From Flavobacteriales bacterium (lineage in GTDB: Bacteria; Bacteroidota; Bacteroidia; Flavobacteriales_D; Sanyastnellaceae), in assembly GCA_019694805.1 (NCBI GenBank), contig JAIBBG010000001.1:387412-451411 (forward strand): a stretch of DNA of 64,000 bases. The letters run 5' to 3'. The position numbers were made by a program, and so were the translations under genes. Below the pieces are notes generated by a model. It searched no databases, was not told where the DNA came from, and was given only the letters and a program-made list of their open reading frames with translations. Below, in pieces: positions 49,651 through 58,473 of the stretch (its first letter is position 1; every line of letters begins with the position of its first letter).

Positions 49651-50151
49651 ATGAAACGCAGTATAGTGATCATGTCTATCAGTGCCTGGATCGCATTGAG
49701 TGGTTGTTCAAGTCGTGCAGAACGTGCAGCTGAATACAACGACAGCATCATCAACTATCAGAAAAGTATCATCGATGCGTTGGTACAGATGGATTCTCTA
49801 TTCGCAGATTCAAATGCCACGCGTGATAAATTGGGGTATTCATATGCCAATCTCCAATCCAGAGTGAAACTGGCAATCCTGGCCATCGATAGTATTGGTC
49901 CATTTCAAAAAGACCCTTCCTTGCAGATTTCTGCCCGTGATTTGTTCAGGAATTATGAGGAACTTGTAGATCATGACTATAAAAAACTCGTCGAAATAAA
50001 ACTTTTAGCACCTGAATCCGTAAGTATCGCAGTTGTCGATTCCAATCTGGCGATTCAGAATCATATTCATCTTCAAAGCAAGATAGCTCAGGATAAGTTT
50101 TTGAACGCGCAGCTGGACTTCGGCAAGAAGTTCCACCTGGAGTTTGAATAA
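49651..50151 (+). CDS. hypothetical helical lipoprotein
   Basis: MKRSIVIMSISAWIALSGCSS contains a lipobox. The track start at 49579 overlaps the upstream gene and lacks a signal peptide. Confidence 0.6.
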   Translation: MKRSIVIMSISAWIALSGCSSRAERAAEYNDSIINYQKSIIDALVQMDSLFADSNATRDKLGYSYANLQSRVKLAILAIDSIGPFQKDPSLQISARDLFRNYEELVDHDYKKLVEIKLLAPESVSIAVVDSNLAIQNHIHLQSKIAQDKFLNAQLDFGKKFHLEFE

Positions 50152-50159
50152 CTAACCTG

Positions 50160-50639
50160 ATGATAAAAAAATCGATAATCTTCACCCTTGCGGTGTGTAG
50201 TGCACTTTTCAGTTTCTCACAACGAGGTATGCTGGACAATGCCCTTGGAGTGAGAGTAGGTCTGGGCTCCGGAGTTACATATCAGCATTTTTTTACAGAT
50301 AGAAACGTTTTCGAAGGCATTGCCTACCAACGGTTCGGCGGAGTGAATGTGACGGCTCTCTATGAAACTCATCAGCAAATGTTCGATATACGCGGGCTCA
50401 AATGGTATTTGGGTGCTGGCGGACACGCTTGGCTTTACAATCAGAATTCAGTGTTAAACGAAATGAGAATGATTAAAAATTCTTATGCACTCGGTGTGGA
50501 TGGTATCATTGGTATGGCGTTTTACTTGAGGTCATTTCCATTGCAATTCACCGTCGACTGGAAACCTGGTTTTAATCTGAAAGGCAGCAACTACATCGAA
50601 TGGGATGCCGGTGCTATGAGTGTAAGGTATCGCTTCTGA
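50160..50639 (+). CDS. small outer-membrane beta-barrel protein
   Basis: Signal peptide MIKKSIIFTLAVCSALFSFSQ, alternating aromatic/Gly strands, and a C-terminal ...MSVRYRF beta-signal ending in Phe. Confidence 0.65.
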   Translation: MIKKSIIFTLAVCSALFSFSQRGMLDNALGVRVGLGSGVTYQHFFTDRNVFEGIAYQRFGGVNVTALYETHQQMFDIRGLKWYLGAGGHAWLYNQNSVLNEMRMIKNSYALGVDGIIGMAFYLRSFPLQFTVDWKPGFNLKGSNYIEWDAGAMSVRYRF

Positions 50640-50640
50640 T

Positions 50641-51402
50641 TTATTTATCCAGCCATTCTCTGAAATCTGCGCTGCGTTGACGGCTTACCACCACTTCTTC
50701 ATTAAACATGGGTTCTGTCTGAATCAAAAAACGATTGTTGAAGTGAGGCTCTATACGTTTGATTGCATTCAGTGACAACAACATCTTTCTATTGATTCTG
50801 AAAAACTGTTCTGGATCAATTTGCGATTCTATTTCCTCCAAAGTGTCATCAAGCAGGAAGCGATCATTTTGATTGGACACCAAAAATGTATTGCCTTCAT
50901 CACTGAAAAAAAAGCCGATATCCGTTGTATTGATAAAGGTTAATCTACCCGCCGTTTTGATGAGAAAGCGCTTCTTATAGCCATCTTTCTTCACATGAAT
51001 GGCGTTTAATATCTCCTTTAGATCAAGCTTCTGTGTATCTGTTTTCAAGTGCCGTGTTCTGTATTTATGTAATGCACTTTTTAGCTCATCGGTTTCTACC
51101 GGCTTCAACAAATAATCCACACTGTTTACCTTGAATGCCTTTACTGCGTAATGATCAAAAGCTGTGGTGAAAATCACAGGAACTTCAACTTTTACTTTAT
51201 TGAAGATGTCGAAACTGATACCATCTGCAAGTTGTATGTCCATGAAAGCAAGATCAATTTCAGGATTCCCTTCAAAAAAAGAGACAGCATCTTCAACGGA
51301 GTCCACATGCGAAATGATTCTGGCGTCTGGTTCCACTTCTGAAATCAGCCGAATCAATCTTTTTGCTGCCGGAGCTTCATCTTCTACAATGAGTATCTTC
51401 AT
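50641..51402 (-). CDS. LytTR-family response regulator (REC + LytTR DNA-binding domain)
   Basis: MKILIVEDE...DLAFMDIQL receiver followed by a C-terminal LytTR-type region (…FFRINRKMLLSLNAIKRIE…). Confidence 0.9.
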   Translation of the reverse strand: MKILIVEDEAPAAKRLIRLISEVEPDARIISHVDSVEDAVSFFEGNPEIDLAFMDIQLADGISFDIFNKVKVEVPVIFTTAFDHYAVKAFKVNSVDYLLKPVETDELKSALHKYRTRHLKTDTQKLDLKEILNAIHVKKDGYKKRFLIKTAGRLTFINTTDIGFFFSDEGNTFLVSNQNDRFLLDDTLEEIESQIDPEQFFRINRKMLLSLNAIKRIEPHFNNRFLIQTEPMFNEEVVVSRQRSADFREWLDK

Positions 51403-52499
51403 GCTGTGGGTGTAGAATTGTTGATCAATTTGTCGTAGTCTCCAATTTCCATCAATGGCAATTTCACCTTGAATTTACCATCATTTTTCTGAATCACTAT
51501 TTCCCTGCTAAACAGCAACCGATATCGATTCGAAATATTTTGAAGTCCTGTTCCAGTTCCATCAGAGACTTGTTCTTTGAGTTGAAGATTATTTTCAACT
51601 GTTACCTCTTCAGTGTTTGCATATATAACCACACGAAGCGGTTTCTTCTGAGAGACAATATTGTGTTTGATGGCGTTTTCCACAAGCATCTGCAATGACA
51701 TAGGAACCATGTATTTGTGCAAAGCGTTTTCATCTACCTTGATATCGACCTGAAGATTTCCACCAAAACGGGTTTCGAGTAAGAAGATGTAATTGCGCAA
51801 ACAAGACAATTCCTCATCCACAGAAATGACTCCCCTATCTGTGATATCCAAAATACATCGATATACGCTGGCAAGCTTTTGAACAAACTCCACACTCCTC
51901 ACTGGATCTTCCGGAATGATACTGGCCAGGGTATTCAAACTATTGAATAAAAAATGTGGGTTGACCTGATTGCGAAGTGACTCCAATTGAGCAATGGTAT
52001 GTTCTTTCCTGATCTTTTCTGTCTCAGCGATGGATTCTTTCCAACGGCTGATATAGTAAGCAGCTTCGTAAATCGCAGTCACCAGCGCAGTTGCGAATAA
52101 GCACGTAATAAAAGACTTGATGTAGCCCGGATGAGGTTTCGCACCAAAGGTTTTCTCAAAAAGTGGTTCTGCATGATATAGGGCCACAGACATGAATGCC
52201 GTAAAAATGATGACCAGAATTCCTTGTACATAAAGTCTTTTAGAATCTTGAGCTACACCAGGGTATTTTCTTCTGACAAAACCAATGATGGCCCTGTCGC
52301 CCATCCAGAACAACGCAGTGGCAACCATCGCCGAAACCGGATTGTGAGAAAAACAAATCACACTTTCTTTGATGGTGAGCCCGAAAAAGATCATGCTCAC
52401 AATGATTGAGAGTATGGGAATACCCGCCAACATGAAAGGCAAATCGTTGAAGCCAACGTATTTGTTATATGTGGAGAGTTTTAACTTCAAGTTGATCAA
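51399..52499 (-). CDS. LytS-like sensor histidine kinase (His_kinase PF06580-type + HATPase)
   Basis: Polytopic N-terminus, then LESLRNQVNPHFLFNSLNTL and PMSLQMLVENAIKHN. There is a 4-nt ATGA overlap with the regulator gene. The track start is TTG, so the true start is uncertain. Confidence 0.85.
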   Translation of the reverse strand: MINLKLKLSTYNKYVGFNDLPFMLAGIPILSIIVSMIFFGLTIKESVICFSHNPVSAMVATALFWMGDRAIIGFVRRKYPGVAQDSKRLYVQGILVIIFTAFMSVALYHAEPLFEKTFGAKPHPGYIKSFITCLFATALVTAIYEAAYYISRWKESIAETEKIRKEHTIAQLESLRNQVNPHFLFNSLNTLASIIPEDPVRSVEFVQKLASVYRCILDITDRGVISVDEELSCLRNYIFLLETRFGGNLQVDIKVDENALHKYMVPMSLQMLVENAIKHNIVSQKKPLRVVIYANTEEVTVENNLQLKEQVSDGTGTGLQNISNRYRLLFSREIVIQKNDGKFKVKLPLMEIGDYDKLINNSTPTA

Positions 52500-52534
52500 A
52501 AATAAGCTGCAATATCCCTAACGGTCAAATAAGA

Positions 52535-54895
52535 TTAAAACCACAATTGCCAAAGGAAGATTGGGAAGAATCCTGTCTGGTAAACGGTTTCCACTTTGTT
52601 ATTCCTATTGTTGAAATTTTCGATGAATACATTTTGGTGGTTCGTCACATTACGGATATCCAGATAGAATGCTTGTGCGATTTTAGAACCGTTCATCCTG
52701 AAACCAAGTTTCATGTCTGTTCTGAAATAAGGACTGTATTGTTCCGCATATGCCTTTGTAAGATCACGTATTTCTTTATGTGCCGCAATAGATTCATCCA
52801 TCAGAATTGGAGAATATCTGCGGCCACCAGCGTATGATGATTTCAAGTCGAATGTGATTGCATTGCTTTTGCCCACTTTCCATTCCTTACCCGCCAATAG
52901 ATTCAGAACATAGTTACCATTGAAAGCTGTATTTCTGGAAACACCATCACTTCCTGAGTATTTACTATCGAATAGCGACGTGGTCAACAGAAAATAAAAT
53001 CCTTTATCCAGAAAACGCTCCAAGGTAATTTCTAAACCATAATTTTCACCATATCCGCGATTGACGAGATTACCATTGTTGGGTATTACAAAATTGGCTC
53101 CCACATTCAGTACAGAAAAAGAACTTGAATCCTGATCTACAGCGATATCATAGAGGTATTGATAATACAATTCTGTCTTCATCCTCATGTTTTTTCCAAT
53201 TTGCAAATCATGACCCAGAACGAAGTGTGCTGCTTTGTTGAAATCAAGGTTTTTGTTGTTCTGATATACCTGACCATCTTCACCTTCTTCACGATTGAAA
53301 TAAATGGTGATCGGTTGAAGTTGGCTATGCATTCCTGTTCCCAAGCTGAGCGTTTGTCTATTGTTCACTTTATACCTTACACCAACTCGAGGCTCCACAG
53401 TGCTTCTTCCATTGTATGCGAAATATTGGCTGTAAATTCCTGAGTTGATGGTCCAATTTTCCGCAGGTCTATATTGCCATTCAGCATATCCTCTGCTGAG
53501 TGACGTATTACCGTGATAATCCATTTCTTTGAAAAAATAGTTACCGACATACCTTGAGCTATCCTCGATATCGAATGTGTAATAATCGTACATCAATCCG
53601 ACTTTGAGAGTGTGACTGGCATTCAGTTTTGAGTTCACGAAATAGTGCCCACGGCCATTATTTTGTCTTTGATAGACTCCGTAAATTTTGGTAGCAACAT
53701 CTTGCACGTTCAATGTATCAATCCAGCCTTCAGTGCCTCCTGTTGTTGCAGCCAGAATCAATTTACCATATGTTTTTTCATTGAAGAAATAAGTATGGGT
53801 GAGTCCAGCGATACCCGTCGAGCTCTGAAATTGTTGATTTTGTTTTCCGTCGTTATACAAATTAGATTCACCGGTTTCATTGGCTTTAAAGTCAATGAAA
53901 CTGTTTCCACCAATTCCGAAAAAAGTGAAACGGCCGGCTTTTTCGGTTGGTAGATCCACCTTAAAAGTAATGTCTTGGTATTCCGGAACTGCACTACCGG
54001 TTCCAAAGTCAATCCCCATTTTGGTCATGATACCGAGAAAGGAATATCTTGCATTCAACATATACGAGGCCTGTTTCCCCTTTTTGAATGGGCCTTCAGC
54101 CCCCAATTCAAAACCGTTGAAACCCATCTGCGCCATGTATTCTCTTTTATCATTATTTCCTGATCTTAATTTCAAATCAAACACGCCGGAAAGAGCATTT
54201 CCATACTCGGCGGCAAATGCACCTGTAGAAAAATCAGAATTTGAAAGGTTGTTGGTATTGATCAGTGAAATTGGACCTCCCGTAGTGGCGAGTGTTGCAA
54301 AGTGATTGGGATTCGGAATGTCAATTCCTTCGAGGCGCCATAGTACACCGGTTGGCGAATTTCCCCGAATGATGATGTCATTACGGTCGTCGTTGGCGCT
54401 GCTTACGCCTGCATAATTCTGAGCCATACGGGCGATGTCCTGAAGTGTACCGCTATAACGTTGTGCCTCTTCAATGCTAATGGTTCGTGTTGAAACAGAA
54501 CTCATCTTATTGAGGCTTTCACTTTTATTATTGGTCGCGGAGATTTCAACGGTATTCAGTTCTGTTACTGCTTCAACCAGTTGCACATTGAGTGTAAATT
54601 CCTTACCGGAATTCAGCAACAAGTTGGTAAATACCATGGGTTCATAACCCATCATGGTCACTTGAAAACTCTGGCGACCTACTGGGACATTTTCCAGTCG
54701 AAAATTACCGTCTGCATTGGTTGATGTTGCCTTTATCGGATCAGAATTGAGCAGAACAACAGTAGCACCTGGTAAAGGATATTGACTTTGCTTATCAACC
54801 ACGGTGCCTCTTATGGTTGTAACAGAAATTTCTTCCTGCGACCATACTGGTGTGAACAGGAACAAAAACAAAATGAAAAATAGATGTTGTTTCAT
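52535..54895 (-). CDS. TonB-dependent receptor with an N-terminal carboxypeptidase-regulatory-like domain
   Basis: Signal peptide MKQHLFFILFLFLFTPVWSQ, then GTVVDKQSQYPLPGATVVLL (CarboxypepD_reg-like), plug, and a long barrel ending ...LWQLWF. Confidence 0.85.
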   Translation of the reverse strand: MKQHLFFILFLFLFTPVWSQEEISVTTIRGTVVDKQSQYPLPGATVVLLNSDPIKATSTNADGNFRLENVPVGRQSFQVTMMGYEPMVFTNLLLNSGKEFTLNVQLVEAVTELNTVEISATNNKSESLNKMSSVSTRTISIEEAQRYSGTLQDIARMAQNYAGVSSANDDRNDIIIRGNSPTGVLWRLEGIDIPNPNHFATLATTGGPISLINTNNLSNSDFSTGAFAAEYGNALSGVFDLKLRSGNNDKREYMAQMGFNGFELGAEGPFKKGKQASYMLNARYSFLGIMTKMGIDFGTGSAVPEYQDITFKVDLPTEKAGRFTFFGIGGNSFIDFKANETGESNLYNDGKQNQQFQSSTGIAGLTHTYFFNEKTYGKLILAATTGGTEGWIDTLNVQDVATKIYGVYQRQNNGRGHYFVNSKLNASHTLKVGLMYDYYTFDIEDSSRYVGNYFFKEMDYHGNTSLSRGYAEWQYRPAENWTINSGIYSQYFAYNGRSTVEPRVGVRYKVNNRQTLSLGTGMHSQLQPITIYFNREEGEDGQVYQNNKNLDFNKAAHFVLGHDLQIGKNMRMKTELYYQYLYDIAVDQDSSSFSVLNVGANFVIPNNGNLVNRGYGENYGLEITLERFLDKGFYFLLTTSLFDSKYSGSDGVSRNTAFNGNYVLNLLAGKEWKVGKSNAITFDLKSSYAGGRRYSPILMDESIAAHKEIRDLTKAYAEQYSPYFRTDMKLGFRMNGSKIAQAFYLDIRNVTNHQNVFIENFNNRNNKVETVYQTGFFPIFLWQLWF

Positions 54896-55035
54896 GATCT
54901 TGGAATTACGTTGCAAATGTTCAATCTGATCTTCGCATCATTTTGGCTTTTGGCCATGAATTGACAAAATTGAATGGTGAATTGCATTACAGGGTAGACA
55001 ATCAGTTGATGAAATATACCTATTGAGCATGACAA

Positions 55036-55062
55036 TTGAAAAACCCCCGACTAGCGGGGGTT
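55036..55062 (-). terminator. orphan Rho-independent terminator with no upstream CDS
   Basis: On the minus strand, AACCCCCG-CTAGT-CGGGGGTT is followed by TTTCAATT, giving a 5-U tract that shares 2 U with the stem end. No credible ORF precedes it on that strand. Confidence 0.65.
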
Positions 55063-55093
55063 CTTCAAGTTGTTTCGATGTTAAATGGAACAA

Positions 55094-55130
55094 TTTAAAC
55101 CTGTAATGTCTTTTAGACCTTTTTAAACCT
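55094..55130. repeat. three direct copies of TTTARACCT
   Basis: TTTAAACCT at 55094-55102, TTTAGACCT at 55112-55120, TTTAAACCT at 55122-55130. Confidence 0.85.
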
Positions 55131-55218
55131 TAATCATCATGAGAGACTCACGTTTGAGTCTGTTAATACTTGCACCGTTTAACGTGGCCAAAAGTATCCG
55201 CGACACTGACCAATTGCT

Positions 55219-55254
55219 GTTAACTGGCCGTTAAGTGGAGTTAAAAGTCGTTAA
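55219..55254 (+). promoter_or_regulatory. four helically phased GTTAA direct repeats upstream of the HK/OmpR-type operon (candidate response-regulator operator)
   Basis: GTTAA starts at 55219, 55230, 55240 and 55250, a spacing of 11, 10 and 10 nt. Additional copies are at 55080 and 55162. A 10-nt direct repeat AAATTTCATT occurs at 55268 and 55295. Confidence 0.4.
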
Positions 55255-55340
55255 GCATTTTTTTAACAAATTTCATTTTGGTCTTCCTTTGAAGAAATTT
55301 CATTCTTTGCACGAATTGAGTGCAAAGCATCCAAGCTCAC

Positions 55341-56831
55341 ATGAAGGAAAGATACATCCAGTTGTTGATAGCAGTAAGTACCGTTGCGGTCATTGGACTT
55401 ATTGCGATACAGGTCTATTGGGTGAACAATACCTTCACCTTGCGGGAACAAGATTTTGCGAGCGCTGTGAGCAAGGCTTTGAATGCTGTGAGTTTGAAAC
55501 TCGAGAAACTGGAATTGCAGAAACTGGCTCAGAACGAAGTATCCGTTCCTTCTGTTACCATCAGTGCTCAAAGCGATAGTACATTGATCCTTGATTACGG
55601 GAAACGTGGCGTGGATGTGGTACAGGGTTCTGGTTCAACCATGACTGATTCTGATTCATCACTTTATAGTGGATTGGGCCAGGAAGGCTTGGATCAGGGA
55701 GAGATACTTTCACAATCAGGTATTCTCGATGATATCATGGGAGGTTTGCTCGAATTGGACATTTACAAGAGTATTGAAGACCGCATTGATACCACCATGT
55801 TGGACAGCATGATTATGGCTGAGCTGGACCACAGAGGAATCAAGGCAAAATTCATGTATGCCATTTTCAATAAACTTCAACAAGCTGAACTTTTGCCCAA
55901 AGCTGCTGTTGGGCTTGAAGACCGGTTTTTGACAGAAGGATATAAATCCCAGTTATTTCCCAATGATCCGATAGCTGATCAAAACTTTCTGCGCGTTTGG
56001 TTCCCCAATCAAAATCGCTATCTTTTCAGCACAATGTGGCTTATGCTGGCAACTTCTGCGGTATTGTTAATCGTCATCATGTTTTTGTTCTCTTACTCCA
56101 TCAGGACGATTTACCGACAGAAAAAGCTTAGTGATATTAAGAACGACTTCATCAACAATATGACCCACGAGTTGAAAACGCCCATTGCAACCATATCTCT
56201 TGCGTGTGAAGCACTGCATGATCCTGATATGCGGAAGAGCGAGAGGGCTATGGACAGCTATGTAGGTATGATACGCGACGAAAACAAACGCCTCGGCATC
56301 TTGGTTGAAAATGTATTGCGTACCTCTGTTTTTGAACAAGGCGAGATGCGACTCAGGTTGCAGCCCATTCACGTGCATCAAACCATCAATCAGGTAATTG
56401 GGAATATTGATATTCAGGTGAAAAAAAGAAATGGCACCATACAAACCCATTTGGACGCATCACATGACATGATCGAAGGAGATCAGTTGCATATTACCAA
56501 CCTCATATACAATCTTATCGATAATGCCATTAAGTATTGCGACGGCATTCCGCATGTTGAAATTTTCACCCGCGATGAAGTGAATGGAATTGCAATTTCA
56601 TTCCGCGACAATGGCATTGGTATCAGCAAAGAAAACCAGAAGAAAATTTTCGATAAACTATATCGCGTACCTACTGGAAACATTCATAATGTAAAAGGCT
56701 TTGGATTAGGCCTCAGTTATGTAAAAGGCGTAGTTGAAAAACACAAAGGCTATGTTGAAGTAGAGAGCGAACTTAAAAAAGGAAGCACTTTTACAATCCA
56801 TTTACCATATAAGTATGAAAAAGAAAACTAA
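55341..56831 (+). CDS. sensor histidine kinase (HisKA + HATPase_c)
   Basis: Two TM segments, the H-box NNMTHELKTPIATISLA, an N box (DNAIKY) and G boxes (DNGIGI, GFGLGLSY). The ATG at 55341 is preferred over the track GTG at 55320. Confidence 0.88.
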   Translation: MKERYIQLLIAVSTVAVIGLIAIQVYWVNNTFTLREQDFASAVSKALNAVSLKLEKLELQKLAQNEVSVPSVTISAQSDSTLILDYGKRGVDVVQGSGSTMTDSDSSLYSGLGQEGLDQGEILSQSGILDDIMGGLLELDIYKSIEDRIDTTMLDSMIMAELDHRGIKAKFMYAIFNKLQQAELLPKAAVGLEDRFLTEGYKSQLFPNDPIADQNFLRVWFPNQNRYLFSTMWLMLATSAVLLIVIMFLFSYSIRTIYRQKKLSDIKNDFINNMTHELKTPIATISLACEALHDPDMRKSERAMDSYVGMIRDENKRLGILVENVLRTSVFEQGEMRLRLQPIHVHQTINQVIGNIDIQVKKRNGTIQTHLDASHDMIEGDQLHITNLIYNLIDNAIKYCDGIPHVEIFTRDEVNGIAISFRDNGIGISKENQKKIFDKLYRVPTGNIHNVKGFGLGLSYVKGVVEKHKGYVEVESELKKGSTFTIHLPYKYEKEN

Positions 56832-57510
56832 AGTATTGCTCTGTGAAGACGACCCCAATCTTGGGGCATTGCTCAGAGAATATCTCAATGCCAAGAATTT
56901 TGAAACCGATCTCGCTACAGACGGTCTTGAAGGTTCCAAGATGTACAAGCGAGGTTCCTATGACTTTCTCATCCTTGATGTGATGATGCCTCAAAAAGAT
57001 GGATTCACATTGGCCAAGGAAATCAGGCAGGACGATAAACACACGCCTATCCTTTTTCTTACAGCAAAAAGTATGAAGGAAGATACGTTGGAAGGATTCA
57101 AAGCTGGTGGTGATGATTATCTCACCAAGCCGTTCAGTATGGAAGAACTATTGGCTCGAATCAATGCGATTCTTCGCAGAACCTCTGCATTGCCCGATAA
57201 TGCAGATGAAGCAGTTCAGTATCAGATTGGCCGCTATGAGTTCGACTACAACAAACAAAAATTGTCGCTTGGTGAGCAAGAAATCAAGTTGACAACCAAG
57301 GAAAACGAGTTGATGTATCTGTTGTGTAAAAACAAAAATGGTGTGATGGAAAGAAGCTATGCATTAAAAGCCATCTGGGGTGATGACAATTACTTCAATG
57401 GACGATCCATGGACGTTTACATCGCCAAGTTGCGCAAACACCTGAAAGAAGATACGGCAGTTGAAATCATCAATATTCACGGCCGAGGTTTCAAACTATT
57501 GGCACCATAA
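56815..57510 (+). CDS. response regulator, OmpR/PhoB family (REC + winged-helix)
   Basis: VLLCEDDPNL...FLILDVMMP receiver and a C-terminal LTTKENELMYLL...DVYIAKLRKHL...IHGRGFKL winged helix. It overlaps the kinase gene by 17 nt. Confidence 0.92.
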   Translation: MKKKTKVLLCEDDPNLGALLREYLNAKNFETDLATDGLEGSKMYKRGSYDFLILDVMMPQKDGFTLAKEIRQDDKHTPILFLTAKSMKEDTLEGFKAGGDDYLTKPFSMEELLARINAILRRTSALPDNADEAVQYQIGRYEFDYNKQKLSLGEQEIKLTTKENELMYLLCKNKNGVMERSYALKAIWGDDNYFNGRSMDVYIAKLRKHLKEDTAVEIINIHGRGFKLLAP

Positions 57511-57527
57511 TCAAAAATGATCACTAC

Positions 57528-57562
57528 AAAAAAATGCCCCGGAATTCCGAGGCATTTTTTTT
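57528..57562. terminator. bidirectional terminator between convergent genes
   Basis: AAAAAAATGCCCCGG-AATT-CCGAGGCATTTTTTTT, with one mismatch in the stem. Confidence 0.75.
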
Positions 57563-57575
57563 ATGGTAGATGATT

Positions 57576-58208
57576 TTAACTTACCCGTTTGATGGAACAC
57601 CCTTTGGGTTTTGTCTCGGCAGGATCAATGGTTAATCCCTTGCTGAGGTTTTTGATGGCATCGGTGAGATAATGTTGTGTGACCTTTTTACTGTCGTCAA
57701 CGTTGTCATCGATAGAACCTTTGTAAACCAGTTTCATGTTCTTATCAAAAAGATATACGTGTGGAGTAGTGCGGGCAAAAAAGGCATTGGCCAATTCTGA
57801 TTTCTCGTCCAACACATAATGACAATCAGCAAATCCATGGTTCTTAGCACGATCCTTCATATCACTGAGGTTATCACCAGCATCTCTTTTCGCTTCATTG
57901 CTATTCACCAACACCATACCCACTCCGTGTTCCGTTGCGATTTTATTCAATCCGGCATAACGACCTTCCCAACCTTCAGATCCTTCACTACCTATGACAA
58001 ATGGACAAGTATTACAAGAAAAGATGACCAGCAGGCCATTGTCTTTCCGGATATCCTTCAATGTGATTTTTTTACCAGAGATATCCATCATTTTCAGATC
58101 TGTTTTTGGGGCATTGGCACCGATAGCCAGAGTTTCAGGCGTAGTTTGGAATGCAACAGTCAAGGCCAAACCTAAAAGTGCAAGGGGGATAATCAAGTGT
58201 TTTTTCAT
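57576..58208 (-). CDS. secreted thioredoxin-fold protein (redoxin / TlpA-like)
   Basis: A signal peptide, a CXXC motif in LVIFSCNTCPFV, 210 aa. Confidence 0.75.
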   Translation of the reverse strand: MKKHLIIPLALLGLALTVAFQTTPETLAIGANAPKTDLKMMDISGKKITLKDIRKDNGLLVIFSCNTCPFVIGSEGSEGWEGRYAGLNKIATEHGVGMVLVNSNEAKRDAGDNLSDMKDRAKNHGFADCHYVLDEKSELANAFFARTTPHVYLFDKNMKLVYKGSIDDNVDDSKKVTQHYLTDAIKNLSKGLTIDPAETKPKGCSIKRVS

Positions 58209-58293
58209 GTCGTGATGTGTTATGCCTCAAAGTTGAAAGATTACCCCTTCAACAAAGCATAATAAAGGTTAATGAATGATGATGTGTAAAAAA

Positions 58294-58323
58294 CAAAAAG
58301 GCGGCTCCGTTGAGCTGCCTTTT
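58294..58323 (-). terminator. terminator downstream of the OMP-peroxidase-lipoprotein operon
   Basis: GGCGGCTC-CGTT-GAGCTGCC (one G.T pair) flanked by A- and T-runs, about 150 nt after the stop at 58474. Confidence 0.6.
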
Positions 58324-58473
58324 TGTAATAAATGAAAACAATTAAACTATCTAATATCTCTACATGAGAACTTACGCCCATTTGAACGCAAGCAGGAGGC
58401 CTAAAGGTTACACTTTTAACACATTTACCAGTAGTTCACTCCTTCTTCCCATGTTTTTCAATCGATTATATTT

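Larger units (their letters stand above)
55036..55182 (-). ncRNA. candidate ~145-nt small RNA, or attenuating 5' leader of the TonB-dependent receptor gene
   Basis: A Bacteroidota -7-like TACTTTTG lies on the minus strand (plus 55189-55196). Downstream are a 7-bp hairpin AGACTCA-AACG-TGAGTCT (55144-55161), three AGGTYTAAA repeats, and then the orphan terminator. The only tiny ORF inside is MMIKV*. Confidence 0.3.

Noticed and set aside
55235-55579. 114-aa plus-strand and 102-aa minus-strand ORFs at the start of the kinase gene
   Set aside because: Both overlap the kinase N-terminus in other frames. The region upstream of 55341 is better explained by regulatory repeats.
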